38,690 bases of DNA from a virus (lineage: Duplodnaviria; Caudoviricetes), in the IMG/VR virus record IMGVR_UViG_3300028410_000003, positions 1 to 38,690 of that record, one strand, 5' to 3'. The position numbers and the translations under genes were made by a program. Shown piece after piece: positions 9,451 through 19,971 of this stretch. The notes under the pieces were generated by a model. The model saw nothing but the letters and a program-made list of their open reading frames with translations, did not search any database and had not been told where the DNA came from. Positions within the stretch are counted from its first letter, which is position 1, and the number at the start of each line of letters is the position of its first letter.

Positions 9451-9920
9451 GTCAAGTTTCTTATAAAATAGAGAATGATATACAGTTTAAAGCTAATCTT
9501 GATTCAGCAATTAAATCTGTTGGAGATTTGCGTTTTGTCATGGGCGAGATATCAAGAGATATATTCAAAACGACAAAGCAAAACTTTATTTTAAAAGGCG
9601 ATGGTCAATATCCGTCGTTAAGCAAAGCCTATGCAAAACGCAAAGCTGCGACACTTGGAAGTTTGCCTATTCTTGTATCAAGCGGTGCGTTAAGGGATTC
9701 AGTAACAGGTCGTGGAAATAGCGACACAATACGTCATATCGGCAGGCAATCACTTGTTCAAGGTACAAATGTTAAATATAGCGGGTATATCCAAAGAGGC
9801 ACAAAGAAGATGCCAGCAAGGAAATATTTATTTATTGATGACGCTCAATCTTTAAGGTTCCAAAGGTTGATAGCTGATTTTGTTGCCTCAAAATTGGAGG
9901 TGCTCGGACGTGTCAAATAA
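9444..9920 (+). CDS. Virion morphogenesis/neck protein (Mu gpG-like)
   Basis: ILVSSGALRDS, GTNVKYSGYIQ.G and MPARKYL motifs. Confidence 0.85.
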   Translation: MVGQVSYKIENDIQFKANLDSAIKSVGDLRFVMGEISRDIFKTTKQNFILKGDGQYPSLSKAYAKRKAATLGSLPILVSSGALRDSVTGRGNSDTIRHIGRQSLVQGTNVKYSGYIQRGTKKMPARKYLFIDDAQSLRFQRLIADFVASKLEVLGRVK

Positions 9921-10380
9921 ATACGATATAGAAAGTTATTTAGCTGATATTTTAGCAAAGATGCAATCAAAATTGCCAGCGAAAATAACAGAAATAAACG
10001 CTGAAAAAGCCGACTCTATTCAATTATTGCCTGTTGCGAATGAAAGTTATTTTAATAACGCAAACGATCAAGTCTTTAATGTTGATCCTTTTATTTATTA
10101 CGGAATTGTTGACTTAACAGCTAATGCCAGCGGCAACAAAACGGCATTACAGATAAGCGTAAACTTTGAAGTTGTTTTTAATAACTCAAATTGTGAAGGC
10201 ACATTAACTAAAGTTTTACGTTATTCACGTTGTTTAAGAGAGGTCGTGCAAGAGAGTTTTAAAAGTGGCAGGCATACGAATCTAAAAGTAACGGAATTGC
10301 TCCCAGCGAACGCATCATTGAACGAAGGCGCAGACTTTAAAGTAGGCGGTATAACGGTAGTTTCAACAATAATAGGATAA
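9880..10380 (+). CDS. Putative tail terminator/completion protein
   Basis: Size and position between neck and tail tube genes; true start is probably the GTG at 9910. Confidence 0.6.
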   Translation: MLPQNWRCSDVSNKYDIESYLADILAKMQSKLPAKITEINAEKADSIQLLPVANESYFNNANDQVFNVDPFIYYGIVDLTANASGNKTALQISVNFEVVFNNSNCEGTLTKVLRYSRCLREVVQESFKSGRHTNLKVTELLPANASLNEGADFKVGGITVVSTIIG

Positions 10381-10384
10381 GCTT

Positions 10385-10552
10385 ATGGCAGATAAAAAAA
10401 CAGAACCAAGAAACGATAAAATCATTGCAAAGAAAGATTTCTTAATCGTTCAGAATCACGAGCGTTATGAGATAAAAAAAGGCGATGATATAATAAGCTT
10501 AAAAATACCTAAAAGATTTCACACCAATTTAACAACAGAGCAAGTAATTTAA
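10385..10552 (+). CDS. 55-aa hypothetical protein (not in ORF track)
   Basis: AGGA RBS; MADKKTEPRNDKIIAKKDFLIVQNHERYEIKKGDD...; fills the gap between genes. Confidence 0.75.
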   Translation: MADKKTEPRNDKIIAKKDFLIVQNHERYEIKKGDDIISLKIPKRFHTNLTTEQVI

Positions 10553-10565
10553 GGAGCTTCTAAAA

Positions 10566-11447
10566 ATGACAGAATCACAACCGAATGCCATTTTCGGCAT
10601 CCACACGCTAACAGCGTACAATGTAACAACTGGAAACTACTTAGGTCGGGCAAGAGTTGATGCTTCTGCTGAAGTATCGTCTGAAGGGGAGCTTTTTCCT
10701 TTAAACGGCGGCTCTTCAAAATATGCTTGGAAAGTTGAACGTGGTTTAATTACTGCGGAAGTTTCCTTAACATTAAGAGAATATCCGTCTTTCTTGTTTG
10801 AAACTTTACTTGGAAAAGCAATGACAATAAACGCAGCTGAAACTTCTGGAAATGTAAGCACTCTTACAAATAAAAACGGAGCTTCTGTTGTTGCCGCAAC
10901 TGGTGTAGCGACTGCAACCGCTGAATCTGGTGAAGAAGCCAGTTTGAAGTTTAGTAAATTCGTAGTTGTCGCAGCCTCTTCAACAACAGTTGATGTTTAT
11001 GCGGGAAATGATGTCGATTTTGCTAATGGCGATGATCTTGTTTATCAAAACGATTTACTGAAAATAACAGCTTCACCATTAACAATAACTTCTTCCACGG
11101 CGGTGACTATTCCAAACACAGGCGTTGAATTAACTGGTGGATCTGGAACTATAGCATTAGTGACAGGCGATACCGCTACTTTTGACACAAGACCGATTAA
11201 TACAGGAAGCCGTGAAGTAACAGTTGGCGGTTCAACTGATGTATTTAATGACTTTGGATTGATTATATCTTCAGGTCGCCAAGGTGATGGCACTATGTCA
11301 GAGCTTGATTGCTTTAGGTGTGCGGGTGCGGGACTTCCGATAAACTTTACCGAAAACGCCTTTTCTGAAGCTTCCATAACTATCTCCATGTATAGAGATA
11401 TCGCTAAAAATGGAATTATGAAATATCGTGATATAATAGCGAGTTAA
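10566..11447 (+). CDS. Major tail tube protein
   Basis: AAGGAG RBS; Thr/Ser/Gly-rich; upstream of chaperone and tape measure genes. Confidence 0.75.
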   Translation: MTESQPNAIFGIHTLTAYNVTTGNYLGRARVDASAEVSSEGELFPLNGGSSKYAWKVERGLITAEVSLTLREYPSFLFETLLGKAMTINAAETSGNVSTLTNKNGASVVAATGVATATAESGEEASLKFSKFVVVAASSTTVDVYAGNDVDFANGDDLVYQNDLLKITASPLTITSSTAVTIPNTGVELTGGSGTIALVTGDTATFDTRPINTGSREVTVGGSTDVFNDFGLIISSGRQGDGTMSELDCFRCAGAGLPINFTENAFSEASITISMYRDIAKNGIMKYRDIIAS

Positions 11448-11448
11448 T

Positions 11449-11931
11449 ATGAAAAATTGCGTAGTTAAAGACAAAAAGCTATCAATTGTTTGTTCGGGTG
11501 CGGTTGTTAATTTAACAATCGTACCTATGACTTTTGGAAAGCTTATTGACATCAATGCAGCCCTTCCAAAAGGGAAAGATTTATCTTCTGTAATGCAAGA
11601 GCCTACACCTTTAGACTTGGCTATAACTACTTATTGTTTACTTGATGAAGAAAGCAAGAAAACAATTGATAGTATGACGGTCGAAATTGATGGAGAGGTT
11701 GAGCCAACTTCTAATGCACATAAATTATATTGCATGATGTGCGAAAGCAATGTTACGGATGGAATTCAAAATAATAATAAGATTTTATCTGTAATAGTTG
11801 ATCAAGTAAAAGATAGCACCAGCCAACAAGAAACGAAAAAAAAAACACTGGCGATTCGGTTGTTTATGATGTTGAAGAAATTTACGACAAGATCGGCTCG
11901 AACTATCCATACACCTATGAATTGTTCTTAG
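11449..11931 (+). CDS. Tail assembly chaperone (gpG-like)
   Basis: Position, and an A10 run at 11836-11845 that opens the -1 frame. Confidence 0.75.
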   Translation: MKNCVVKDKKLSIVCSGAVVNLTIVPMTFGKLIDINAALPKGKDLSSVMQEPTPLDLAITTYCLLDEESKKTIDSMTVEIDGEVEPTSNAHKLYCMMCESNVTDGIQNNNKILSVIVDQVKDSTSQQETKKKTLAIRLFMMLKKFTTRSARTIHTPMNCS

Positions 11932-12155
11932 ATAAAGTAACTCCAAAATTAGCGAACAGACTTATAGAAATTATTGATATAAGAGAAAACAATTCATTTT
12001 GTTACGATGCTATGCTTCATGGTCACGATAAACGAAAAGACATAATAAAACCAAAAAGAGCCCCTACATCAAAGCCTTTAACAGAAGAAGAAAGGCTTGA
12101 AATTGAAGCGGGCATAGATCACAGGCTAGGGAGGCACAGAATTAATGGCAGATGA
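11844..12155 (+). CDS. Tail assembly chaperone -1 frameshift extension (gpT-like)
   Basis: The -1 frame is open from the A-run (NTGDSVVYDVEEIYDKIGSNYPYTYELFLDK...) to 12155. Confidence 0.8.
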   Translation, partial: NTGDSVVYDVEEIYDKIGSNYPYTYELFLDKVTPKLANRLIEIIDIRENNSFCYDAMLHGHDKRKDIIKPKRAPTSKPLTEEERLEIEAGIDHRLGRHRINGR

Positions 12156-14694
12156 TAGATCAGTTGTTATTAAGATTGAAGGGAACTCTAAGGCATTAAG
12201 AGACGAATTTGATCGTATAAAAGGGCAAACAAAGAACCTTGATGATACCTTAAAAAGTGTTGCTAAAGGCTCAACAATAGCCTTTGCAGCACTCGCAACA
12301 ACGATAGGCTTAACCGTTAAGTCATTTGCTATTTATGAAACAGGGCTTATTGGCGTAGGTAAAACAGCGGATTTAACAGGAAAAAGCCTTACTGATTTTG
12401 GTAAGGATATTCAGAAGTTATCTACACGGCTTCCTTTTGCAACAAAAGAACTATTGGCAATAGCTCAAGCAGCGGGTCAATTAGGGGTTAAAGGAAAAGA
12501 TAACCTTATAAAATTTACTGAAACAATAGCAAAACTTGGAACCGCCTCAGATCTTTCAGGTGAGGAAGCCGCAACAACTTTAACAAGAATATTGAATATC
12601 ACTAGGGAAGGAACTGGTGATATAGATAAGTTTGCATCTGTAATAGTCGCACTGGGGAACAGCTTTGCAGCTTCGGAGCGGGAAATAGCCGCCGTTACTA
12701 CACGAGTTGCAAGGGCTACGACTCAATTCGGGGTTTCTTCTGCTGAGGCTGCGGCTTTTGGTGCCGCATTGAAGTCAGTAGGGATAGAAGCTGAAGGAGG
12801 TGGCTCGGCTGTTGGCAGATCCTTTCAGGCGATAGATGAAGCTATTCGAGGTGGTGGCGAATCTTTTAAACAACTTCAAAAGATCACAGGATTAACAGGG
12901 GACGCTTTAAAAAAGACTTTTCAAGATGATGCTGCTGTTGTGTTCCAAAAGTTTGTAGAAGGGCTGTCACGAGCCGGAGAAACCACAAAAGGTGTAGCCG
13001 CAACCCTTGCTGATTTCGGGCTAGCAGGCACAGAAATATTAAATGTATTGCCGGTTTTGGCAAAAAACAGTGATGAATTAGGGCGGGCGTTAAGAATTGC
13101 AGGCACAGAAGTGCAAAACGCAACGGCATTAGAAAAAGAGTTTGCCGCGCAATCTAAAACTTTAGATAACGAAACAAAGAAGTTATCAAATACTATTGGG
13201 GTTATTTCAACTCAAATAGGCGGCTTCTTTACTCCTACGGTAAAAAATGCCATTAAAAGCACAAGGGAGTTTATAGAAAAATTCCTTGATCTTGATGAAA
13301 GCACTAAAAAAACCGCTGCAACCATATTAGGAATTGTTACGGCAATGACAGGGTTAATTGCGGTTATAGCAGCGGGTGGTGCTGCATTTATCGGAATAAC
13401 AGCGGCTTTAACAGCAATCGGAATAGCGGCGGCTCCTGTTGTGATTGGATTTGTAGCAATCACGGCTGCAACCGCTGCAATAATAACAAACTTTGATGCT
13501 TTGAGTGCTTCAGCAACCGCTATTCAGGCTGGGTTTAGGTTGTTAGTAAGTCAAATAATTATAGGGTTTAATAATGCGGAAATAGCAACAAACAGCCTTT
13601 TAATCTCAATGAAAGAATTAAGTGTTGCAGCCCTAGAGGCGATTCCAACAGGCAAATTTGCCGCACTAGTCGAATCAATGAAGGCAAATATAAGTTCATT
13701 AAAAGATGCAAATCAAGAATTGATTGAAAATAATAATGCAGTTGGTCAAAGTTTTGCAGAAATTTATGATGAAATTGATGCTGAAAAAATGCGTGAAAAG
13801 ATTGAAGCAGAATCTGCCGCTGCATTAGAAGCAAGAACCATAGCAGCACAAGCAGAAGCGGATAGAAAACGTGTTGCAGATGAAAATAAAATTATAGCGG
13901 AAGGAGAAACAAAGGCTAGGCTTCAAGAGCAAAATATTTCTGCAGCAGCAGCTGTTGATGCTTTAAAATCATTAGAGTTATTGTTACTAGAAGCCCAAAC
14001 TAAAAAGTTTAATAAAGCTGAAATTGTAAATCTAAAGAAACAGATTCTGGACAAGAAAAACCTTTTAACAAAAGGTTTCACTGAAAAAGAAAAAACCACG
14101 TTTAAACATCTTGATGATGTGGCAAAGGCAGAAAGAGAAGATGAAAAATCAAGGCTGGAATTTAAAAAGTCATTCGCACAAGATACATTAAATTCAGCAG
14201 TTTCTTTAGGAAAGGGACTTGTAAAAGAGGGTTCATCAGCACAGAAAGCTTTGTTCTTGATAGATAAAGCAAGTGCATTTGCTTCTGCTACTATAAACAC
14301 AGCAAAAGCAATATCAATAGCACTTGCTTCAGCACCACCACCATTTAATGCAGCCCTAGCAGCAGCAGCAGCTGTTGCCGGTGGTATACAGATTGCAGCA
14401 ATTGCATCTAGTGCAATCGGACTTGAAAAGGGCGGGATGGTTGGCGCAAGTGGCGCATCAAGGTCAGGAGATAGACACAGGGCATTGCTTGCAGATGGTG
14501 AAATAGTAGCACCTCGCAAGAACTTTGAACAGGTGGTTGAAGGAACGGCACGACAAAGGGGATTTGTAAAAGAAGATGAATCTGAAGGTGGTGGATCTGT
14601 CGCAAGAATTGAAATAAGCTTTACTGATGATGCTGCTGAATTTATCACGGCTAGACAACTTGAAAATACAACACTAGGGACGGATAGGGGATAA
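12145..14694 (+). CDS. Tail tape measure protein (TP901-like)
   Basis: 849 aa, Ala-rich and helical; ELLAIAQAAGQLG and LGNSFAASEREI core motifs. Confidence 0.95.
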   Translation: MADDRSVVIKIEGNSKALRDEFDRIKGQTKNLDDTLKSVAKGSTIAFAALATTIGLTVKSFAIYETGLIGVGKTADLTGKSLTDFGKDIQKLSTRLPFATKELLAIAQAAGQLGVKGKDNLIKFTETIAKLGTASDLSGEEAATTLTRILNITREGTGDIDKFASVIVALGNSFAASEREIAAVTTRVARATTQFGVSSAEAAAFGAALKSVGIEAEGGGSAVGRSFQAIDEAIRGGGESFKQLQKITGLTGDALKKTFQDDAAVVFQKFVEGLSRAGETTKGVAATLADFGLAGTEILNVLPVLAKNSDELGRALRIAGTEVQNATALEKEFAAQSKTLDNETKKLSNTIGVISTQIGGFFTPTVKNAIKSTREFIEKFLDLDESTKKTAATILGIVTAMTGLIAVIAAGGAAFIGITAALTAIGIAAAPVVIGFVAITAATAAIITNFDALSASATAIQAGFRLLVSQIIIGFNNAEIATNSLLISMKELSVAALEAIPTGKFAALVESMKANISSLKDANQELIENNNAVGQSFAEIYDEIDAEKMREKIEAESAAALEARTIAAQAEADRKRVADENKIIAEGETKARLQEQNISAAAAVDALKSLELLLLEAQTKKFNKAEIVNLKKQILDKKNLLTKGFTEKEKTTFKHLDDVAKAEREDEKSRLEFKKSFAQDTLNSAVSLGKGLVKEGSSAQKALFLIDKASAFASATINTAKAISIALASAPPPFNAALAAAAAVAGGIQIAAIASSAIGLEKGGMVGASGASRSGDRHRALLADGEIVAPRKNFEQVVEGTARQRGFVKEDESEGGGSVARIEISFTDDAAEFITARQLENTTLGTDRG

Positions 14695-14695
14695 A

Positions 14696-15511
14696 ATGAC
14701 AATTTCAGGCGGTATAAAAGTTCTTGAAAAAAGTTCAAGTTTATTTAAAGACGGTGGTAATGCAACGGCTTCTTCGGCGGATGGCTCTATTGATAACATA
14801 CTATCTATGAATCGGTTTACAAGGTGGGACTCGGTAGGCTCTGATGATACGACTGCTGAAACCATCGCTATTACATTTGCAAGCGCCACAATAAGTAGAA
14901 TTTTCATTGTCGATCATAACCTGAAAGATTTTGCTATCACATATGGAGCAGGGGCTTCTTCTTTTGCGAATGTGGTTGGTGTTGATGGTAGTAAATCTGG
15001 CATTGTTGAAACGGTCTTTGCTGAGAATACTTCTTATTATGAATTTGATTCTGTCACGACAACGCAAATAAATATAACAGCCACAAAAACACAAAGTGTT
15101 GACGCTCAAAAATATATAACAATATTTGTTACAACTGATGAAATAGGAACTTTTGAAGGATTTGTTGACGTTAAACCCGCAACTGATGCCAATGAAAAAA
15201 GGTCACAAGTCCTTACAGGCAAATATATAACGCAAAAGAATTTTGAAACCTTTCAAGCTCAACTCAAACTTCAGCATACTGAGCAAGGTGATATTAATAT
15301 AATTGAGTCGATGTATGAAAGCCAAGATCCTTTTTTAATTTGGCTTTGTGGTGGAAAATATGGAACAGATAATTTTTCTGTGGACTTTAAAAACTGGCGT
15401 TTGAAAGATTTATATCAGGTGCAAACTTATAACGACATCAAAACCACTTGGAGAAATAATAGCTATATTGGTTCTCCGATAACAAGTATAAAATTTGCTG
15501 AGGAAGTGTAA
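14696..15511 (+). CDS. Distal tail protein (putative)
   Basis: Immediately follows the tape measure gene; beta-rich. Confidence 0.6.
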   Translation: MTISGGIKVLEKSSSLFKDGGNATASSADGSIDNILSMNRFTRWDSVGSDDTTAETIAITFASATISRIFIVDHNLKDFAITYGAGASSFANVVGVDGSKSGIVETVFAENTSYYEFDSVTTTQINITATKTQSVDAQKYITIFVTTDEIGTFEGFVDVKPATDANEKRSQVLTGKYITQKNFETFQAQLKLQHTEQGDINIIESMYESQDPFLIWLCGGKYGTDNFSVDFKNWRLKDLYQVQTYNDIKTTWRNNSYIGSPITSIKFAEEV

Positions 15512-15514
15512 TTA

Positions 15515-16690
15515 ATGAGTATTGCGTTTTATACAATTTTAGTAACACCACTACAAACAAACACTACTTATGGTGATCAAGTAGATATTTCTGATTTTGT
15601 AATTGTTAGAAAGTTTAATAAAATAAAACAATCGGTTGATTCTGGATCGTATGATATAGGCATATATACCTATGCGGATTTAAGCCTGACACTAACTAAT
15701 TATGATGGTCGGTTTAATGATGAAACAGATTCTTCAAGTATGTTTTATTTTACCAGAGATAGGGCAAAGATACAGGTCAAGTACACTAATGATGCTGGTG
15801 TTGTTAGCGTGATTTATAATGGCTTGATAAATGATGAAGCAACGCTTCAGGATTTTGAAAAGGATACTGTAAAACTTCGGGTATTATCGCAAGATTCTAT
15901 ATTTCGGAAAGTTAAAGTTATTGGTGGTTTAATCAATGATGGAATAACTTTTTCTGCTGCTATTAAGGCTGTTTTAAACCGCCCGAAAATAACGGCACTT
16001 CTGGGTTACGATGCCGCAAAAGTCACAGTTGGCTACGATGGAACAATTGACGATTCAGCGGCGTTTTCACAAAAGGATTCTCGAACCGTTTTAGAGCAAC
16101 TCTTAAACGCATCGGGTAGTGTTTTTTATATCGACGACTCTGGTGATATGGTCGTTTCAGATAGATCGGTTTCAGGTGGGGCAAGCTTGGAGTTGTTTGG
16201 CGCTGGCGATTCTTTGCAAAGAGATAATATAACAAGAATCATAAACTATAACAATGGGTTGCAACGAACTTTTAACACTATAACGGTTAACGATATAACA
16301 TCAACTGATGAAACTTTTGTTGAACGATATGGAATCGGTTTAAAAACATACACATTTGAATTTATTACAAACACCCTTACAGCAACAGCTATAGCGGATT
16401 ATTACCTTGCACAATTCAAAGTTCCGAAAGCAGAACTAAAGGTTTACATTACAACTGATATTTCCACTGGAACGAATATTCTAGATCCGGTTTCGGTTGA
16501 TTATCGTAAACGCCATAAACAATACAAAACAAATAAAATACCGTTAGCAGGCTCAAGTATTGCGGGAAGTGAGAAAACGCCATATATTGTAGGTGGCGTA
16601 AAAATATCACCTAATGTAGTATGGAAAGTGGTTGGCATTGAATACGAAACAAAAACATTTTTAACCGCACTACGATTAAGAGAGGCATAG
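15515..16690 (+). CDS. Tail hub/tip protein (putative)
   Basis: LTLTNYDGRF and VLEQLLNASGSVFYIDDSG hub-like motifs; position. Confidence 0.65.
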   Translation: MSIAFYTILVTPLQTNTTYGDQVDISDFVIVRKFNKIKQSVDSGSYDIGIYTYADLSLTLTNYDGRFNDETDSSSMFYFTRDRAKIQVKYTNDAGVVSVIYNGLINDEATLQDFEKDTVKLRVLSQDSIFRKVKVIGGLINDGITFSAAIKAVLNRPKITALLGYDAAKVTVGYDGTIDDSAAFSQKDSRTVLEQLLNASGSVFYIDDSGDMVVSDRSVSGGASLELFGAGDSLQRDNITRIINYNNGLQRTFNTITVNDITSTDETFVERYGIGLKTYTFEFITNTLTATAIADYYLAQFKVPKAELKVYITTDISTGTNILDPVSVDYRKRHKQYKTNKIPLAGSSIAGSEKTPYIVGGVKISPNVVWKVVGIEYETKTFLTALRLREA

Positions 16691-16694
16691 TATA

Positions 16695-18908
16695 ATGGGA
16701 ACAACAAATATTTCAGCGGTTAAAAGTTCCGGTGATGTCCAAGATGAAAGTTGGTATAATGATTTCAGAAGTGCATTAATCGGTGCCGTAGTCGGGCGCA
16801 ATCCCTCAACCGGTGTTGTGGCTTCTGGTCAAGATATAGGTAGTGCCGTTACGCCGTGGGGAGCTTTATACGCAACTAGCCTAGTTATAGGCGGTTCTAC
16901 AGTGGATTTAGGAAATTTAACTGGCGCAGAAAATGCTATTTTATCTGGACAAACAGTAAGCACCAGCATAAGACCTGATTTCTTACGTGCTGCCGGATCA
17001 GCAGCAACCGTAACAGTTGAAGGAGCTTCGACAAGCTTAGTTTTAAATATAGATGGAACAAGCACCACAATTGCAGCAGACCTTGCAGAAACAAGCCTTA
17101 CAGTTGCACCATCTTCAAATAATACAGCATTAGTTGATGATACAGCTCTTACAGGGCAAGAATCTAGTAAATGGCAGGGTGAAGATGGTACTATAATTAC
17201 AATTGACACTGTTGGAACTGAAATATCTAATCGTGTTGGACAATATGCAGTTTTCAAAACCTCAACTGAATATTTACTTGCTTACATTGAATCAGCAACC
17301 GAGCTATCAAATGTATATAGGGGATATTTCTTAAATAGCTCTGGTGCGCCTATTGAACGTGTAGCACTAACAAATAATGATACTCTGACAATTATGAGTG
17401 GTGGCTGGGTGTTTGTTGAAGATGATAGCCTTACAGTAGATGTAACATACACTTCGCCTATTTATTCAGTAACAGAACCTTCTTCCCCTGCAACTGGTGA
17501 TTATTGGTTCGATCTGGTGGCTGGAAAGTGGAAGCGTTATGGAGGCTCGGCATTTGCGGAAGTAAATAGAATACCTATAGGAATAGCAGTTGTTGATGAA
17601 ACAAATTGTATAGCTTCACGATCTTTTGATCTAAATAAAGTGTTCAATTCTGATAATCCTATATCGTCAAAATACATAAGCACAACCGTTTTAGCCGCAA
17701 AGGATTTTGACTTTGATATAAGTGTTTACGGAATTGCAGTAAATTCTAGAAGCAGTAAATTAGAATGGGATATTGCAACAGATCTTGAAACTGGTGTATC
17801 TGAAGGAGCGTCTACAACGTATTTTGCTTACATTACAGAAACAGGAAAAGCGGTTTTAAGTGATAAAAAACCTTATGACCTACGAGGTACATTAAAAGGC
17901 TGGTATCATCCGTATAACAGTTGGAGGGCAATCGGTTATATTTTTAACGATGGTTCAAGTGACTTTGAAGCAACAACACTATTTAATTACTATGCTGAAA
18001 ATGTTCTTAATATGTCAGAACAAGGCATAAGTAATATAAGGGCGCAAGATGGATTGACACCAGCATCTGATAAATTGTTTTATTTTACAAGTGCTATCGC
18101 TGGTGCATTAACAACTCTTACAAGCTTTGCAAGAACCTTGCTAGATGATTCTAGTGCATCAGCAATGCGGGACACTTTGGGAGTGCAAAATAATTCCCAA
18201 ACTTTTACAGCATCTGGAACGTGGACAAAGCCAGCCAGCGGAACATTTGCAAAGATTCAGGTGTGGGGCGGTGGCGGTGGCGGTTCTGGTTCTACTGGGT
18301 TTGGCGCAACTGGCGGTGGTGGTGGGTCATATAAAGAAATGACGGTTCTCTTGTCATCTTTGGGATCAACCGAAGCGGTAACAGTCGGGGCTGGTGGAGC
18401 AGGCGGTTCAACTGGTGCAAAGGGTGGAAATGGAGGAATTTCTTCTGTCGGATCACATGTAACGTCATACGGAGGTGTCGGAGGTAATTACACAGCTCCG
18501 AATGCTATTATTGCTGGCGTTGCTGGTGGCGGGGTTCAATCTACATCAGCTGCTGGATCTCAATTTAATGATATGTCTGATGGTGTTGAATATATGGAAG
18601 GTACAGGTGCAAAGGCAGGATCTGCTGAAGTAGGCTTTTCTGGTGTTATGCTGGGCGGTGGTAGTGGTGGCGGGTTAACTAGTTCATCTCTGGCATCTGC
18701 TGGCGGTGGCTCTGTTTATGGTGGCGGTGGTGGTACTGGTGGCGGTGCAAATCCCTTAGCTGGTGGCGTATCTACTTTTGGAGGAAATGGAGGGGCAAAC
18801 GGTGGAGCTGGTGGAGCTGGTTCAGCACCTTCTGGTGGCGGTGGTGCTGGTGTAGGTGGTGCTGGTGGTGCTGGTGGTCGGGGTGAAGTAAGAGTATTTG
18901 TTTGGTAA
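16695..18908 (+). CDS. Tail fibre with glycine-rich C-terminal domain
   Basis: PATGDYWFD; DKLFYFT..LTSFARTLLDD fibre linker; FTASGTWTKP...GGGGGG Gly-rich domain. Confidence 0.85.
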   Translation: MGTTNISAVKSSGDVQDESWYNDFRSALIGAVVGRNPSTGVVASGQDIGSAVTPWGALYATSLVIGGSTVDLGNLTGAENAILSGQTVSTSIRPDFLRAAGSAATVTVEGASTSLVLNIDGTSTTIAADLAETSLTVAPSSNNTALVDDTALTGQESSKWQGEDGTIITIDTVGTEISNRVGQYAVFKTSTEYLLAYIESATELSNVYRGYFLNSSGAPIERVALTNNDTLTIMSGGWVFVEDDSLTVDVTYTSPIYSVTEPSSPATGDYWFDLVAGKWKRYGGSAFAEVNRIPIGIAVVDETNCIASRSFDLNKVFNSDNPISSKYISTTVLAAKDFDFDISVYGIAVNSRSSKLEWDIATDLETGVSEGASTTYFAYITETGKAVLSDKKPYDLRGTLKGWYHPYNSWRAIGYIFNDGSSDFEATTLFNYYAENVLNMSEQGISNIRAQDGLTPASDKLFYFTSAIAGALTTLTSFARTLLDDSSASAMRDTLGVQNNSQTFTASGTWTKPASGTFAKIQVWGGGGGGSGSTGFGATGGGGGSYKEMTVLLSSLGSTEAVTVGAGGAGGSTGAKGGNGGISSVGSHVTSYGGVGGNYTAPNAIIAGVAGGGVQSTSAAGSQFNDMSDGVEYMEGTGAKAGSAEVGFSGVMLGGGSGGGLTSSSLASAGGGSVYGGGGGTGGGANPLAGGVSTFGGNGGANGGAGGAGSAPSGGGGAGVGGAGGAGGRGEVRVFVW

Positions 18909-19027
18909 GGCTATGTGATACTTCGTGCAGCACTAGAAAGACCAACATAAATAGAATTAGATTAACAGTAACAAGCTTAACTGGCTCAATGTCCACCGGA
19001 ACGATACAATACTTAGCTATAAAATAG
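18887..19027 (+). pseudogene. Possible relic 3' end of a former fibre tip gene
   Basis: Open frame with no supported start, ending TNINRIRLTVTSLTGSMSTGTIQYLAIK*. Confidence 0.5.
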
Positions 19028-19029
19028 AA

Positions 19030-19058
19030 TTTACTAATTAATAATTTTTTGTTACTAT
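19030..19058 (+). promoter_or_regulatory. Possible internal promoter
   Basis: TTTACT-N17-TACTAT with an extended -10 TG. Confidence 0.45.
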
Positions 19059-19086
19059 AATATGCAATTTAAAAAAAGGTAATATC

Positions 19087-19509
19087 ATGTCTAAATCAAA
19101 CGCTTTCGAGAACTCACTTCTTCTTTTAATATTTAATGCTATTGCAATAGCTGACATAGCGGAAAACGATACAACATCACCCGCCACAACAATAACTGTT
19201 GCGTTGCACACATCTGATCCCGGCGAAGCTGGCGATATGTCAACTAACGAGGCGACTTACACAAGTTATGTTCGTAAAACTATTGCAAGGACTTCAGGTG
19301 GTTGGACAGTAACAGACAACAGTGTTTCGCCAGCAGCTAATATTGAGTTCGCAGCCGCAACGGGCGGTAGCGAAACAATTACACATTTTAGCGTAGGCAG
19401 TGGGGTTAGCGATGATATGAAGTATTCGGGAACTGTTACACCGAACATAGTTGTTTCAAGTGGTGTAACACCGATATTAACAACTGCATCCGCAATAATA
19501 GAATTATAA
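19087..19509 (+). CDS. Virion structural/fibre-associated protein
   Basis: SNAFEN.LL, VALHTSDPGEAG..NE.Y.SY.R and ETITHF motifs of a common phage structural family. Confidence 0.75.
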   Translation: MSKSNAFENSLLLLIFNAIAIADIAENDTTSPATTITVALHTSDPGEAGDMSTNEATYTSYVRKTIARTSGGWTVTDNSVSPAANIEFAAATGGSETITHFSVGSGVSDDMKYSGTVTPNIVVSSGVTPILTTASAIIEL

Positions 19510-19532
19510 AATAACTTTCTCCGAAGTTGTTT

Positions 19533-19567
19533 GGCGGCATGGGGGGAACTTCATGCCGTTTTTGTTT
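19533..19567 (+). terminator. Intrinsic terminator
   Basis: GGCGGCATG...CATGCCGTT followed by TTTGTTT. Confidence 0.7.
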
Positions 19568-19591
19568 AAAAAGATTAAAAGGAGTTAAAAC

Positions 19592-19969
19592 ATGTCTATC
19601 TCTTGGACACCAGACTTTGCAAAACATTTGACACTTCACATTAGTGGTACTACTGAGTCAGGCGGTTATTCTTGGAATGTTTGCAAGAAAGTTATCAACA
19701 GTAAAACAGGTGAGGTTTTTACAGGCAAAGAAGCCCAATCGTTAAATAATAAAATCCAAAAGGCTGGGATTCAAAAGGAGCAAAAGATAAGACCTTTGCT
19801 ACGTGCGGAAAATCCCGAACTTGAGGGTAAAGATAACACCAACGATGATGCAGATTTTACCATAGATGAGAACCTTGAATTAGTTGTAAAATTTAAAGGT
19901 GATTTAGATTCCAAAAAGAAAGCTAAATTTGAGGCTATTGCCACAGAAAATAAAAAGTTTAAAGGCTAA
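19592..19969 (+). CDS. Hypothetical protein
   Basis: AAGGAG RBS; 125 aa. Confidence 0.8.
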   Translation: MSISWTPDFAKHLTLHISGTTESGGYSWNVCKKVINSKTGEVFTGKEAQSLNNKIQKAGIQKEQKIRPLLRAENPELEGKDNTNDDADFTIDENLELVVKFKGDLDSKKKAKFEAIATENKKFKG

Positions 19970-19971
19970 TT

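Noticed and set aside
13923-14738. 271-aa antisense ORF
   Set aside because: Mirror of the Ala-rich tape measure codons
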